Below are positions 29,014-38,657 of a stretch of DNA of 64,000 bases, in pieces. This DNA comes from a phage. Position numbers and translations under genes: made by a program. Below the pieces are notes generated by a model, which was not told the DNA's origin, did not search any database, and was given only the letters and a program-made list of their open reading frames with translations. Position 1 is the stretch's first letter. Every line of letters begins with the position of its first letter. The stretch lies in NCBI GenBank assembly GCA_014685065.1, contig GCA_014685065.1_4092.2. One strand, 5' to 3'.

Positions 29014-30189
29014 CTATTCTGGTAAAATCATTTTCTTCATTTTAACTTGTTGTGTACCTGGACTCTGTTCCTGAAACATAGACCCGTTACCACACCAGTA
29101 CACCTCATTAGTCCCTACTAACGCGTATAACACACCAGAACCACCTTGTACTGAAAATGCATTAACATCTGGTGCAACATCCATATCCTCATATTGTACC
29201 TGGTGGTAATAAGATCTTTCTGATGCAGTAGTAACAGGCCAACCAAGAGGAACACCACTACCACATGTATAAAGTTTACCATTCTGTGTCATTGCCATTA
29301 TAAAATAATTCAAACTGTGATTGTTCATCGACCCAGCATCTGGTATAATACCACTAATTGCAGGAGTGGTACTAAATGGACTCATGATAATAGTAGTGTC
29401 GCCATACCCTATTCCTAAACAATAATCAGTGTTTTTTCCAGCAGTATATACATTAATCTTATTTCTATTGGATGTAAGTACTGAAGTGGTTTCAGGAGTA
29501 CATGAAATACCAATAACTGTTCCAGATATATCAGTACTTACTGTAAATGTGGATAGTTTAGATGAACTTGAACCTAGGTTATAACTTGCATTATTACCAC
29601 ATCTGTAATATTGTCCATTTTTTACAAAATGGAAAGCACCACCCGACTGTGTTCCTGCGATTAAAGTAACACCCGTGTTAATCAAAATAGGTGTTGATTT
29701 TATTCCAGTAACACCCAATTCACCCCCAGCATTACGGCCTATCCCATATAAGTTACCATCACTTAACAGAATTAACAAAGAACCATTGGATGCGGTAGTT
29801 TCGGTAGAAGCTATATCTTGAACTGTAGTAAGGCTTGGAATTGTAGACAATATAGATGTAATATTAGTCCATCCGGGAACAGGTGATGCAGATACACCGA
29901 CATAGTTCATTTGCCCTGCTAAGTAAAATTCTCCGTCAGTCGTAAGTATAATTGTCCCTGCGAATAAACACCAAACATTAGAAACTTTATATGGACACTG
30001 TACCCACCCATTTTGTACATACTCCGTACTATTATTTCCTAGCCTATAATGTGCACCACTTCCACGTAGATATAAGTTACCACTATCAAATAACATACCC
30101 ATATGTGATGACGATGTACTAATCTTTAATACACCAGAAGGTGCAGGTTTAATATTTCCATACTTAACCATTCTTGCAAAAGGTAACAT
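29014..30189 (-). CDS. RCC1-like beta-propeller protein with MLPF leader
   Basis: start set at MLPFARMVKYGNI preceded by AAGGAGG; track N-terminal extension rejected. Confidence 0.7.
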   Translation of the reverse strand: MLPFARMVKYGNIKPAPSGVLKISTSSSHMGMLFDSGNLYLRGSGAHYRLGNNSTEYVQNGWVQCPYKVSNVWCLFAGTIILTTDGEFYLAGQMNYVGVSASPVPGWTNITSILSTIPSLTTVQDIASTETTASNGSLLILLSDGNLYGIGRNAGGELGVTGIKSTPILINTGVTLIAGTQSGGAFHFVKNGQYYRCGNNASYNLGSSSSKLSTFTVSTDISGTVIGISCTPETTSVLTSNRNKINVYTAGKNTDYCLGIGYGDTTIIMSPFSTTPAISGIIPDAGSMNNHSLNYFIMAMTQNGKLYTCGSGVPLGWPVTTASERSYYHQVQYEDMDVAPDVNAFSVQGGSGVLYALVGTNEVYWCGNGSMFQEQSPGTQQVKMKKMILPE

Positions 30190-30259
30190 ATTTCCTCCTT
30201 TATTCATTATACTATATTTAATCAAAAAGAAAAGCCAGTACTCTGTACTGGCCTATATT
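30190..30259 (-). promoter_or_regulatory. cassette intergenic module
   Basis: GCCAGTACTCTGTACTGGC hairpin + T-run, TATAAT, AAGGAGG, ATG. Confidence 0.65.
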
Positions 30260-30997
30260 TTATACTGAATTGTTAGGATAATATCTCCCATTTCCCCATA
30301 TTATTCGCACAGCACCACCACCAGCAGCCGTATAAGAAGAATTATCCCATATACTACCACCACCACCATACATCTTACCAGCACCACCACTACCAGCACC
30401 ACCATTATATGAACCACCGTAGCTACCACCAATACCATTAGCACCTTGAACAATGATACCAGTACCACCACCCGTACCAATGAACGAGGTATTATAGAAT
30501 GTACCACCGCCCCCGCCGCCGCCAGCACCATTTTCACCAGTGATTGCATCTCCGTTACCACCTTTACCTGTGTAGCCACCAGCACCACCACCAATGACTG
30601 CACCACCACTTACACCAGTATTGCCACCATTACCACCACCATCATTAATAGCGTTAGCAGCTTTTCCACCTAGTCCACCAACCGTATATGCACCAGTGAA
30701 GCTAACACATAGTTTTTCAGTTCCACGATATAAACCGTTTTCAACTGGTGTAGTAGTGTTGGTATGCGTAAGAGAAACACTTAAGTACTCACCACTAGTA
30801 ACCGGAATATTATTACGCCACGATAAGCCGCCGCCAGCACCACGTTGACCACCCGGCGAAATAACACATACTGATATTTCGGTAACGCCAGCAGGAACTG
30901 TAAATTGTGTTGTTCCTATTGTCGTGATTAATTGTTCACCATGTGGCTTATATTCAATTTCATTCCCGTACTTAATCATTCTTCCAAAAGGTAACAT
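30260..30997 (-). CDS. glycine-rich protein carrying the same MLPF leader (not a propeller)
   Basis: MLPFGRMIKYGN then long GGxGG tracts. Confidence 0.65.
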   Translation of the reverse strand: MLPFGRMIKYGNEIEYKPHGEQLITTIGTTQFTVPAGVTEISVCVISPGGQRGAGGGLSWRNNIPVTSGEYLSVSLTHTNTTTPVENGLYRGTEKLCVSFTGAYTVGGLGGKAANAINDGGGNGGNTGVSGGAVIGGGAGGYTGKGGNGDAITGENGAGGGGGGGTFYNTSFIGTGGGTGIIVQGANGIGGSYGGSYNGGAGSGGAGKMYGGGGSIWDNSSYTAAGGGAVRIIWGNGRYYPNNSV

Positions 30998-31069
30998 AAT
31001 TCCCTCCTTTATTCATTATAATATATTTAATACAAAAAGAAAAGCCAGTACTGAGTACTGGCTATTATA
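30998..31069 (-). promoter_or_regulatory. cassette intergenic module
   Basis: hairpin GCCAGTACTGAGTACTGGC 31044-31062 + T-run, TATAAT, AAGGAGG. Confidence 0.65.
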
Positions 31070-32257
31070 TTATAATTGTCGGGGTGTATCTAGTACATAT
31101 CTAGTTGTACTAGGACCACCATCATCATAAGTTCCGGTTGAATATATATTTTTCATATCAGTTAGAAATGTACGATATGAACCTCTATATATTTTTATTT
31201 TATCATACATAGAATATGTTATTTGTGTAGGCATTGGACATGCAGTAAACTTACCAACAGTTGCACTAGTACCAATACCCAATGAACCAGCATAACTACT
31301 GGCATTTAAACCAGTTGCATATACACCAGTACTCGTAATTAGTATACTAGATTGTGGTGGGTATCCAGTATGAATTGAATACAAAGTACCGGGTGGTAAC
31401 GTCGTACTGTTATTTCCTAAAACTCCATTAACAGAGCTAGATGTAGTGTTATTTCCCCATGCCCCATTATTAGCTAACCCACCGACAAGGAACTGACGTG
31501 CTCCTGTATTTGGATTTTCAACTAAAGCACTTACTGCACCAGTTGAGCATCCTGTGTATTGTAACGTTTTTGTGTATGTTGTATTTGGTTGATATAAAGT
31601 ATATTCATTATATGAAGTCCATGTAGTCGCGGAACTTATACCGGATGTAACACCACCAATATATAAATTATTTTGTTTATCAAACAACAATACACAGTTA
31701 TTTGTTGACTGTATTTGTGCAATATCAACATTAGGTGTGACCGCTTTTACAAATGAACCATCGGTTATTTCATAAGTAGTTCCTGTACCATCTGCGAATT
31801 GTCTAGCACTGTTCCACCCTGTACTCCATATTGTATTATTATCCATTAACACAGTAAACCACGTAGTACCTCCATACATCTGTTTAATTGAAGTACTTGA
31901 ACTTTGTGTGTACAAATTTTGAATATATTGGTTATAACTTAAAAACGTAGTAGTACTAGTTGATAAACCAATATGACTACCATATCCACAGTAATAATAA
32001 TTTGAGTCATTGTCTTTTACTAATAAAGTTCCTTGTGTAAGCCAGCAATCGTTAACGTTTTCTCTAATTAATGTCCATGATTTTAATGCAGTGTTGTTTC
32101 CTCTACCGAATTTCCCAAAACTATTATTCCCACGTGCATATAGTTGACCATCCGTATACAGAACCACAACATCTAAATCAGTTGGGATTATTTTCTTAAT
32201 TTGAAGTGGTACTGGGGCAATATTCCCATAATTCATCATTCTTGCAAAAGGTAACAT
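31070..32257 (-). CDS. RCC1-like beta-propeller protein with MLPF leader
   Basis: MLPFARMMNYGNI; blades such as LYARGNNSFGKFGRGN. Confidence 0.7.
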   Translation of the reverse strand: MLPFARMMNYGNIAPVPLQIKKIIPTDLDVVVLYTDGQLYARGNNSFGKFGRGNNTALKSWTLIRENVNDCWLTQGTLLVKDNDSNYYYCGYGSHIGLSTSTTTFLSYNQYIQNLYTQSSSTSIKQMYGGTTWFTVLMDNNTIWSTGWNSARQFADGTGTTYEITDGSFVKAVTPNVDIAQIQSTNNCVLLFDKQNNLYIGGVTSGISSATTWTSYNEYTLYQPNTTYTKTLQYTGCSTGAVSALVENPNTGARQFLVGGLANNGAWGNNTTSSSVNGVLGNNSTTLPPGTLYSIHTGYPPQSSILITSTGVYATGLNASSYAGSLGIGTSATVGKFTACPMPTQITYSMYDKIKIYRGSYRTFLTDMKNIYSTGTYDDGGPSTTRYVLDTPRQL

Positions 32258-32328
32258 AAATTCCTCCTTTATTCATTATACTATATTTAATACAAATAAG
32301 AAAGCCAGTACAGAGTACTGGCATTAAA
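32258..32328 (-). promoter_or_regulatory. cassette intergenic module
   Basis: hairpin 32304-32322 + T-run, TATAAT, AAGGAGG. Confidence 0.65.
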
Positions 32329-33477
32329 TCATTGTATAAATGACATATCAACTTCTGTATAACTAAGAATGTTTTGTCCAGCAATTCCCCCCATTACTAC
32401 CATAGCATACCCACAATAATATAATTGCTCAGTGTCCGTAAGTATAAGTGAACCAGATGGAGTGCGTACCAAATTACACGAACTATTAAACGAAGTATAC
32501 GAAGGAGTATATGAGTACTGATTAATATTATTACCAACACCTAATTGACCAAATCCATTCGACCCAGATGCGTATAGAACTTCATCACCTTTAGCTATAT
32601 GTGATGCCATGTTACTAACACACGTATATAGAGTATAAACTCCTGAACTCAATAATGTCGGAGTTTTGTATTGTATATCGGTAGATGAAGAAGTACCACC
32701 TGTGCCAAATTCGTTCCCGTATTGTGCACCGAACTGTTTACCACAAGCGTACAAATTATTATCCGATTTAATAAAAAATGTACTCTGATAACTTACATCA
32801 AAATCTATAACATCTGAAGCAATCATCGTCACCCCAGTAATAGAAGTTTGATTACCTGTACCTAACTGATAGTAATAGTTAAAACCACAACCCCATAAAG
32901 TATTATCTTCTTTTAGGTATATGTTACCAACTGCCTTTTTAACCGAAGTTATAGTATCTACCCTTTTGAATGTGTTAAAAGAATTAATGTTTGTACCATC
33001 ACCAAATGATGATAGGTTCGAGTTATTGTTAACTCCACAACAATACAACGTACCATCGTTTGTTATCAAATTCACCTTCATATCATTAAAACTACTCATG
33101 TATTTTATATCAGAAACATTAATACCACCTGATGTTATCCACGTAGTACAGTCCGTCCACAAAGTTTTTGTATCAGTTACACCAGTGAATGCCTTCGTGT
33201 TACCAGTGATAAAAACTTTTCCAGTACCTTTCTCTTCATACAATTGACAACTACTACTGTTATCTTCCAATAGAACTCGTTTAACATTCTCTGCACAAAG
33301 AATAAATTTACTCGATGCTACACCTGTTCCAGTACCCCAATTCGTCGCAGAAGATGCATACAACTTATTAGTATAAGTATCATGAAGATACATAGAATCA
33401 CTTGAATATATTTTAAAACGCCTATCCTTACCAGGGGCAATATTCCCATAATTCATCATTCTTGCAAAAGGTAACAT
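32329..33477 (-). CDS. RCC1-like beta-propeller protein with MLPF leader
   Basis: MLPFARMMNYGNI; LYASGSNGFGQLGVGN. Confidence 0.7.
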   Translation of the reverse strand: MLPFARMMNYGNIAPGKDRRFKIYSSDSMYLHDTYTNKLYASSATNWGTGTGVASSKFILCAENVKRVLLEDNSSSCQLYEEKGTGKVFITGNTKAFTGVTDTKTLWTDCTTWITSGGINVSDIKYMSSFNDMKVNLITNDGTLYCCGVNNNSNLSSFGDGTNINSFNTFKRVDTITSVKKAVGNIYLKEDNTLWGCGFNYYYQLGTGNQTSITGVTMIASDVIDFDVSYQSTFFIKSDNNLYACGKQFGAQYGNEFGTGGTSSSTDIQYKTPTLLSSGVYTLYTCVSNMASHIAKGDEVLYASGSNGFGQLGVGNNINQYSYTPSYTSFNSSCNLVRTPSGSLILTDTEQLYYCGYAMVVMGGIAGQNILSYTEVDMSFIQ

Positions 33478-33548
33478 ATTTCCCTCCTTTATTCATTATA
33501 CTATATTTAATACAAATAAGAAAGCCAGTACAGTGTACTGGCATTATA
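33478..33548 (-). promoter_or_regulatory. cassette intergenic module
   Basis: hairpin 33524-33542 + T-run, TATAAT, AAGGAGGG. Confidence 0.65.
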
Positions 33549-34688
33549 TTATTTCCACGGTAGAAGTGAATCAGGAACCCTTGTTGGTACAGTAGTTGAA
33601 GACATTCCAGTAAGATTGGGTACACCACATGTGTATAAATTATTATATTCGTCAACTAACATCGTATAAGAATAGCTCTTACAAAAACTACTAAGATTAC
33701 TACCTTCTAATGCAGTAAGATCCATTTCAGCGAATGATGTTATATACATATCAGTTGTACCAATACCACATTGACCATTTGAATTAAGGCCACATGAAAA
33801 TAACTTATTATTATTATTAATTATACAGGATGGTCCGGTAAGGTTTGTCCCAAGCTCACCCACCAACTCCACTTCTCCTTGGAATGATAAATTTGGAATT
33901 AATGTACTCATTGGGGCTACTGACCTATTTCCTGTACCTGCTTGTCCATAGTCGTTAATAGATGCAACTTTAACATTACCATCATTAAGAAATATATAAG
34001 AAGTTTCATTTGTATTGACTGCTTTAATTGCATTACTAATCGAAGTATCTTGTGTAAATGTGAGCAAGTTTTGTGTCGTCGTTCCTGATACAAACGTTCT
34101 ACCTGCATACCAATATGAACCATCATTTAGTACTAATCCAGTACTATATATTGCACAACCAGCACTGATAACATTTTCTATTGTACTATAGGTGAATCGT
34201 GAAACGCTTGAAGTTGATCCATTCCCAAAAACACCACCAGTACCAGCACCACAGTAGAACCACTTTCCATTTTTTAAAAATACACGCATACACGAAGATA
34301 TCACAACACTATCAATATCATCTGCACTGACACCGAAATCAGTAAAGTTCTGTGTTATATCAACCCAAACGCCGTTAGTGTTTGAAGATAGTATTGGAAT
34401 AACAGTACGTCTACCAGTGTACCAAATAGTACCATCTTTCTTTATAGCAATTGTTCCTTGTACCCCACCCCAATATCGTGTAACATTTGAGTTGACAAGA
34501 GTCCATTCAGTTGAAGAGTCCAATGAACCATTACCACTTTGTCCATATGCTGAAGAACCAAACCAATATAGATTGCCATTTGTGTGTAAATAAAATTTGG
34601 CATCAGCAGAACATTGTAACCTGTTTTTAGGTAGAATCAGTTCAGGTGCGATATTCCCGTACTTAACCATTCTTGCAAAAGGTAACAT
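33549..34688 (-). CDS. RCC1-like beta-propeller protein with MLPF leader
   Basis: start set at MLPFARMVKYGNI; LFSCGLNSNGQCGIGT, YWFGSSAYGQSGNGS. Confidence 0.7.
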   Translation of the reverse strand: MLPFARMVKYGNIAPELILPKNRLQCSADAKFYLHTNGNLYWFGSSAYGQSGNGSLDSSTEWTLVNSNVTRYWGGVQGTIAIKKDGTIWYTGRRTVIPILSSNTNGVWVDITQNFTDFGVSADDIDSVVISSCMRVFLKNGKWFYCGAGTGGVFGNGSTSSVSRFTYSTIENVISAGCAIYSTGLVLNDGSYWYAGRTFVSGTTTQNLLTFTQDTSISNAIKAVNTNETSYIFLNDGNVKVASINDYGQAGTGNRSVAPMSTLIPNLSFQGEVELVGELGTNLTGPSCIINNNNKLFSCGLNSNGQCGIGTTDMYITSFAEMDLTALEGSNLSSFCKSYSYTMLVDEYNNLYTCGVPNLTGMSSTTVPTRVPDSLLPWK

Positions 34689-34758
34689 ATTCCCTCCTTT
34701 ATTTGTTATACTATATTTAATACAAATAAGAAAGCCAGTACAGTGTACTGGCATTATG
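34689..34758 (-). promoter_or_regulatory. cassette intergenic module
   Basis: hairpin 34734-34752 + T-run, TATAAC, AAGGAGGG. Confidence 0.65.
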
Positions 34759-35868
34759 TTATTTTGGTAAATCAATTTTAGTAAAGACTGCAACATCCTC
34801 GATTGCACCTGGAATGGCGTAATACGATCCAGTACTATACACATCTCCATTTTTGGTTAATATCGATGTCAAACCATCACTAAAAAGAACATCCCTAATC
34901 TCACTAACTTCAACGGGTAATTGTAAATTGGTAGCACTATATATAGCACCAGTTTGAGAATTGTTTAATCCCAAACCACGGTTCGCCCCAACACCCTTCT
35001 GATATGTACTAGTAATTACCATTTGTGTAGCAGTATTTAAGGCAGGTGAATTCGTCATAAACAATGGAGAACTATTAGGCAAAGTACTTACAGGAACTGC
35101 ACGGAATGTAGTCGTACCTGAACTAAGAAAGTTTGGAGTTTGACCACATACGAAATATGATGTACCATTATAGTAATTTAATGCATTACCACCAATGGCT
35201 GCATCGATTACACCAGAACTACGCAATCCCCAAGTGTTAATTTGTGTTTGGTTCCCCGTACCATGCTGCCCACTACTATTCCATCCAGAACTATATAGCT
35301 TATTATCTAATGTAAGATACATACTATCATTCGCATTGGTCATTACTTTACGAACGTTCGTAGCACATTGAGTTAATGTGTAAATTGATGAGGAACCAAT
35401 ACCCAAAGAACCACGATATCCATTATCTCCTGCACCATAGAGTACTGAATTAGTGCTAAGTACAAATATTAAACCATTTGTACATACAATATTAGCAATT
35501 TCACTTACTGGTATAGCATTGGTAAACCAATTAGTTCTTTCAACTAATACAGTACTGTAAGAAGTAGTTGTAGAAGATGAGAACCAGTACGTTTGACCTG
35601 ATGTCCATATCGTATTATCATTTTTAATAATAACAAGTGTACGATCACCCACGAAAAAATTAGAAACATCTGCACTTACTAATGTCCACGAAGACACCGT
35701 GTTGGTATTACCATTTCCAGATTCACCACCTTGATTTCTACCTATGTAATATAAATCATGTGAATCAGTCAATAAGAATTGGCCTTGGGTAGAAGCACCA
35801 ACTTTAATTATTTTTTTAGGACCAGGGACAATATTTCCATACCTAATCATTCTTCCAAAAGGTAACAT
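34759..35868 (-). CDS. RCC1-like beta-propeller protein with MLPF leader
   Basis: start set at MLPFGRMIRYGNI (RBS AGGAGGG); tightly coupled to upstream gene. Confidence 0.7.
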   Translation of the reverse strand: MLPFGRMIRYGNIVPGPKKIIKVGASTQGQFLLTDSHDLYYIGRNQGGESGNGNTNTVSSWTLVSADVSNFFVGDRTLVIIKNDNTIWTSGQTYWFSSSTTTSYSTVLVERTNWFTNAIPVSEIANIVCTNGLIFVLSTNSVLYGAGDNGYRGSLGIGSSSIYTLTQCATNVRKVMTNANDSMYLTLDNKLYSSGWNSSGQHGTGNQTQINTWGLRSSGVIDAAIGGNALNYYNGTSYFVCGQTPNFLSSGTTTFRAVPVSTLPNSSPLFMTNSPALNTATQMVITSTYQKGVGANRGLGLNNSQTGAIYSATNLQLPVEVSEIRDVLFSDGLTSILTKNGDVYSTGSYYAIPGAIEDVAVFTKIDLPK

Positions 35869-35876
35869 ATTCCCTC

Positions 35877-37079
35877 CTATTGTTGCCATAACTGCGTTGG
35901 CATTAATGTTAGTGTAGTAATACTATAAGTACCATTAGGTAATCTACCACCATTTCCATTCCAGCCACCACATGCATATAATTTATAATCTTTAGTAATT
36001 ATTATGGTTCTGCTCCAATCTTTAGATGCCATAAGAACATTGTCATAACCACCACTTATTGCACTAAGATTAAAAATATTCCAAGTTCTAACTAATGTAT
36101 TAGTTCCATTACCTTCTTGACCATATGAGTTAGCACCACTACTTCTAACATATGGTGCGTATTGTGCCATAGGTGCACCAATTGATGCATTTCCCATATT
36201 ACTTGGACAAATAAAAGTACTGTACTTACTTACATCAACCGTGACCGATGTGTTCCTAATTGGTGTTAGCTGATTTACCGATGTAGTCGTACCATTACCA
36301 GCTTGTCCAGTACTGTTAGCCCCGCTATAATATACAGACCCACCAGTAGTAAACCACCAAGTAACATCGTATGTAGTACTAATATGTTCTACATTACTAA
36401 TCACGAATTTGTTCAAATATACAACAGAACTACCACCACATCCACTTTCACCAAAGTTATCCTTACCACAAAACCATGCATCTTTATTTGATTTGATATA
36501 GTGCGTTCCTTGTAATGAACATGCCATATGTGTAACTTCACCCATATTAGTCATAACTGTGAGTGTAGGGATGGAATTTTTATTACCAGAGCCACATTCA
36601 CCATTGGTATTTCTTCCACACGCAATTACTCTACCATCGGTTAATAATATTCTAGTACTTTCACCTATATATACACTCTTGATCATATTAGCCATAACAC
36701 CTATTTTATTAAATGCAACAGTAACATCAGTCCATGTTGTCAAATAACCATTAACAGGTGTTGCATCTCCATAATCAGAAAATGCACCAACCGACCCAGT
36801 GTAGTATATTTTATTATCCAAATCAATCATCAATGAACCTTGAACACCAAGCCAAAAGGCTGCACAGTTCCTTGCAAGTACTGTAAATGACGAAACTGCT
36901 GCTGAATTCCCAAGACCAAATTGATAAAAGTTATTACTACCATAACCATATAAAGTATTAGTTGGGTTATGGAGATACATACAGTTTGTATAATGTTGTT
37001 GTAAAACATCTGAGAACTCTACAGGTTCTGGACCTGGTGCAATATTTGCGTACTTAACCATTCTTCCAAAAGGTAACAT
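35877..37079 (-). CDS. RCC1-like beta-propeller protein with MLPF leader, first gene of cassette
   Basis: MLPFGRMVKYANI; RBS AAGGAGGGAAA. Confidence 0.7.
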   Translation of the reverse strand: MLPFGRMVKYANIAPGPEPVEFSDVLQQHYTNCMYLHNPTNTLYGYGSNNFYQFGLGNSAAVSSFTVLARNCAAFWLGVQGSLMIDLDNKIYYTGSVGAFSDYGDATPVNGYLTTWTDVTVAFNKIGVMANMIKSVYIGESTRILLTDGRVIACGRNTNGECGSGNKNSIPTLTVMTNMGEVTHMACSLQGTHYIKSNKDAWFCGKDNFGESGCGGSSVVYLNKFVISNVEHISTTYDVTWWFTTGGSVYYSGANSTGQAGNGTTTSVNQLTPIRNTSVTVDVSKYSTFICPSNMGNASIGAPMAQYAPYVRSSGANSYGQEGNGTNTLVRTWNIFNLSAISGGYDNVLMASKDWSRTIIITKDYKLYACGGWNGNGGRLPNGTYSITTLTLMPTQLWQQ

Positions 37080-37128
37080 ATTTCCCTCCTTTATTTGTTA
37101 TATCATATTTACCACAAAAAGAAAACCC

Positions 37129-37157
37129 TTGACATCCTTTCTGGACTCATTTATAAT
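37129..37157 (+). promoter_or_regulatory. consensus sigma70 promoter TTGACA - 17 nt - TATAAT for tandem array A; divergent from cassette
   Basis: TTGACA 37129-37134, TATAAT 37152-37157; RBS AAGGAG before ATG 37181. Confidence 0.75.
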
Positions 37158-37180
37158 AGAAAAAATATAAGGAGAAATTC

Positions 37181-37426
37181 ATGAACAATGTAATAGATCA
37201 CTACCAAGCACTTAGCCAAAGTACTAAGAACTATATGAGCTACATGAACGCAGAAGATTTCGCATTCTTCCTCTCAAAATTCTGTGCAATCAATACCCTC
37301 AAAAAAAGTACTACCCCAACAAGTGCACTTATGTTGAATTGCTTTATAGAGGACATCTTTGAGGGACTACAAAACCCTGACGAAAGTAAACGATTCATTA
37401 ACCTTTTAGTACTGGCATCTATATGA
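37181..37426 (+). CDS. array A paralog (divergent, 81 aa)
   Basis: first gene after promoter; C-terminal LLVLASI resembles member at 38468. Confidence 0.55.
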   Translation: MNNVIDHYQALSQSTKNYMSYMNAEDFAFFLSKFCAINTLKKSTTPTSALMLNCFIEDIFEGLQNPDESKRFINLLVLASI

Positions 37427-37632
37427 CCCAAGAACAAATTATGCAGTACTACCTATGTGCTCTGTCAAAAGGTGAACAGAATAGCATAGAGCATCAACAA
37501 ATTATACTTGCAAATGCAAAACGTTCGGCACTTCTGCTTAACTCAGTCAGAAATAACCTCATAAGGAATTTCCTTGAAGGTAACGAGTCTATGCAGTACT
37601 ATTTCATCTTAACACTATTAATCGAGTACTAA
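37423..37632 (+). CDS. array A paralog
   Basis: ATGA overlap; ends ...FILTLLIEY. Confidence 0.55.
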   Translation: MTQEQIMQYYLCALSKGEQNSIEHQQIILANAKRSALLLNSVRNNLIRNFLEGNESMQYYFILTLLIEY

Positions 37633-37633
37633 T

Positions 37634-37843
37634 ATGAATACTGAACATAAAGAATTCTACACCAAATACCTTAGCAACGAAGAACAATTGTTTCTAAGGA
37701 GTGTATCACCTTTAAGTATAGATACACCACACGCCAGAGATTGCTTTAATAATTGTATACGTAGTACTATAGAAGCAATCGAATGTAATAACAAAAATAT
37801 TATGTACTCAGGTTTAATAGGACTAATATATTTCTATGAATAA
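37634..37843 (+). CDS. array A paralog
   Basis: MNTEHKEFYTKYL ... LIGLIYFYE. Confidence 0.55.
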   Translation: MNTEHKEFYTKYLSNEEQLFLRSVSPLSIDTPHARDCFNNCIRSTIEAIECNNKNIMYSGLIGLIYFYE

Positions 37844-38030
37844 TCATAAAGATTTCTATTGTAGTAAACTACCCAAACAAGAACAGCTATCATTCTCTTT
37901 AGCACCACCTATGAGAAAGGATAATCTGTATTATAATTACGATTTCAGGATGGTGACACGTTATGCAATAGAACATACGTTCCCTGCAACTAAGTACCGC
38001 TCTATCCTGAACCTCATCTTTAAGTTCTAA
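37836..38030 (+). CDS. array A paralog
   Basis: MNNHKDFYCSKLP ... LNLIFKF. Confidence 0.55.
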   Translation: MNNHKDFYCSKLPKQEQLSFSLAPPMRKDNLYYNYDFRMVTRYAIEHTFPATKYRSILNLIFKF

Positions 38031-38082
38031 AAGGTACACCAAGGACCGAGTACTTTAATATAGTAAGGCTAATTACATTATA

Positions 38083-38268
38083 ATGAATCATATAAGCTAC
38101 TACTACCAACAACTATCCGACAGAGACAAGTACAGTCACAACTCCCATGTGTGGTACTACAAACGCGGCAGTATAAGAGACAAACAACATTACTTCTGTA
38201 TTTCTATTAAAGAAGCACTAACAACTAAGTACACGTACCGAGCAGTACTTAAACTTATTGAAATGTAA
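38083..38268 (+). CDS. array A paralog
   Basis: MNHISYYYQQL ... VLKLIEM. Confidence 0.5.
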   Translation: MNHISYYYQQLSDRDKYSHNSHVWYYKRGSIRDKQHYFCISIKEALTTKYTYRAVLKLIEM

Positions 38269-38276
38269 GGAAGAAA

Positions 38277-38459
38277 ATGAATATAGAATTCTATTTAACT
38301 AAACTACAACACGCCGAAAGATTCAATTTCAATAAGTTCAGTATTTTCTACAATTGCGGGAACAAAAAAGATAAACACACCTTCCTATATGTCGTCACAA
38401 GAGATGCACAAAACGAAAAGTACACATACAGAGAAGTAATGAAACTAATCGCTATTTAA
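38277..38459 (+). CDS. array A paralog
   Basis: RBS AAGGAAGAAA; ends ...VMKLIAI. Confidence 0.5.
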   Translation: MNIEFYLTKLQHAERFNFNKFSIFYNCGNKKDKHTFLYVVTRDAQNEKYTYREVMKLIAI

Positions 38460-38467
38460 GGAATACT

Positions 38468-38647
38468 ATGCAACAATTCTATATAGAACGTATAACCATA
38501 AAAGACCGTTTCATGTACGACACCTTCGTTGATTACTACAACCTAGGAACAAAAAGTACTAAAAATATTAATCTCAATAGCTGCATTTATGCTGTACTAA
38601 CACAAGATAATCCCTACAGGGAAATCCTCGCCTTGGCATCTATATAA
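38468..38647 (+). CDS. array A paralog (59 aa, below track cutoff)
   Basis: hand-translated MQQFYIERITIKDRFMYD...REILALASI; RBS AAGGAA. Confidence 0.45.
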   Translation: MQQFYIERITIKDRFMYDTFVDYYNLGTKSTKNINLNSCIYAVLTQDNPYREILALASI

Positions 38648-38657
38648 AGGAAACCAA

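Noticed and set aside
30301-30848. ORFs on both strands overlapping the glycine-rich gene (30301-30609 minus, 30446-30673 plus, 30594-30848 plus)
   Set aside because: They are alternative-frame shadows of a GGN-repeat coding region; only the frame starting with the conserved MLPF leader has an RBS and module context
32196-33655. Minus-strand ORFs 32196-32384 and 33428-33655 spanning the cassette intergenic modules
   Set aside because: They read through the conserved terminator/promoter module and the first codons of the next gene; a repeat artefact
30190-34758. T4-type late promoter (TATAAATA) assignment for the cassette modules
   Set aside because: The modules contain TAAATATAGTATAAT, which is only approximately late-promoter-like; promoter class left unassigned
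33549-34850. Long N-terminal extensions proposed by the ORF track for cassette genes (for example MEMCIVLDRITPFQ..., MIKYSIMNKGGN..., MATIGGN...)
   Set aside because: The extensions cover the terminator hairpin and promoter; every paralog has AAGGAGG at the right distance from the conserved MLPF start
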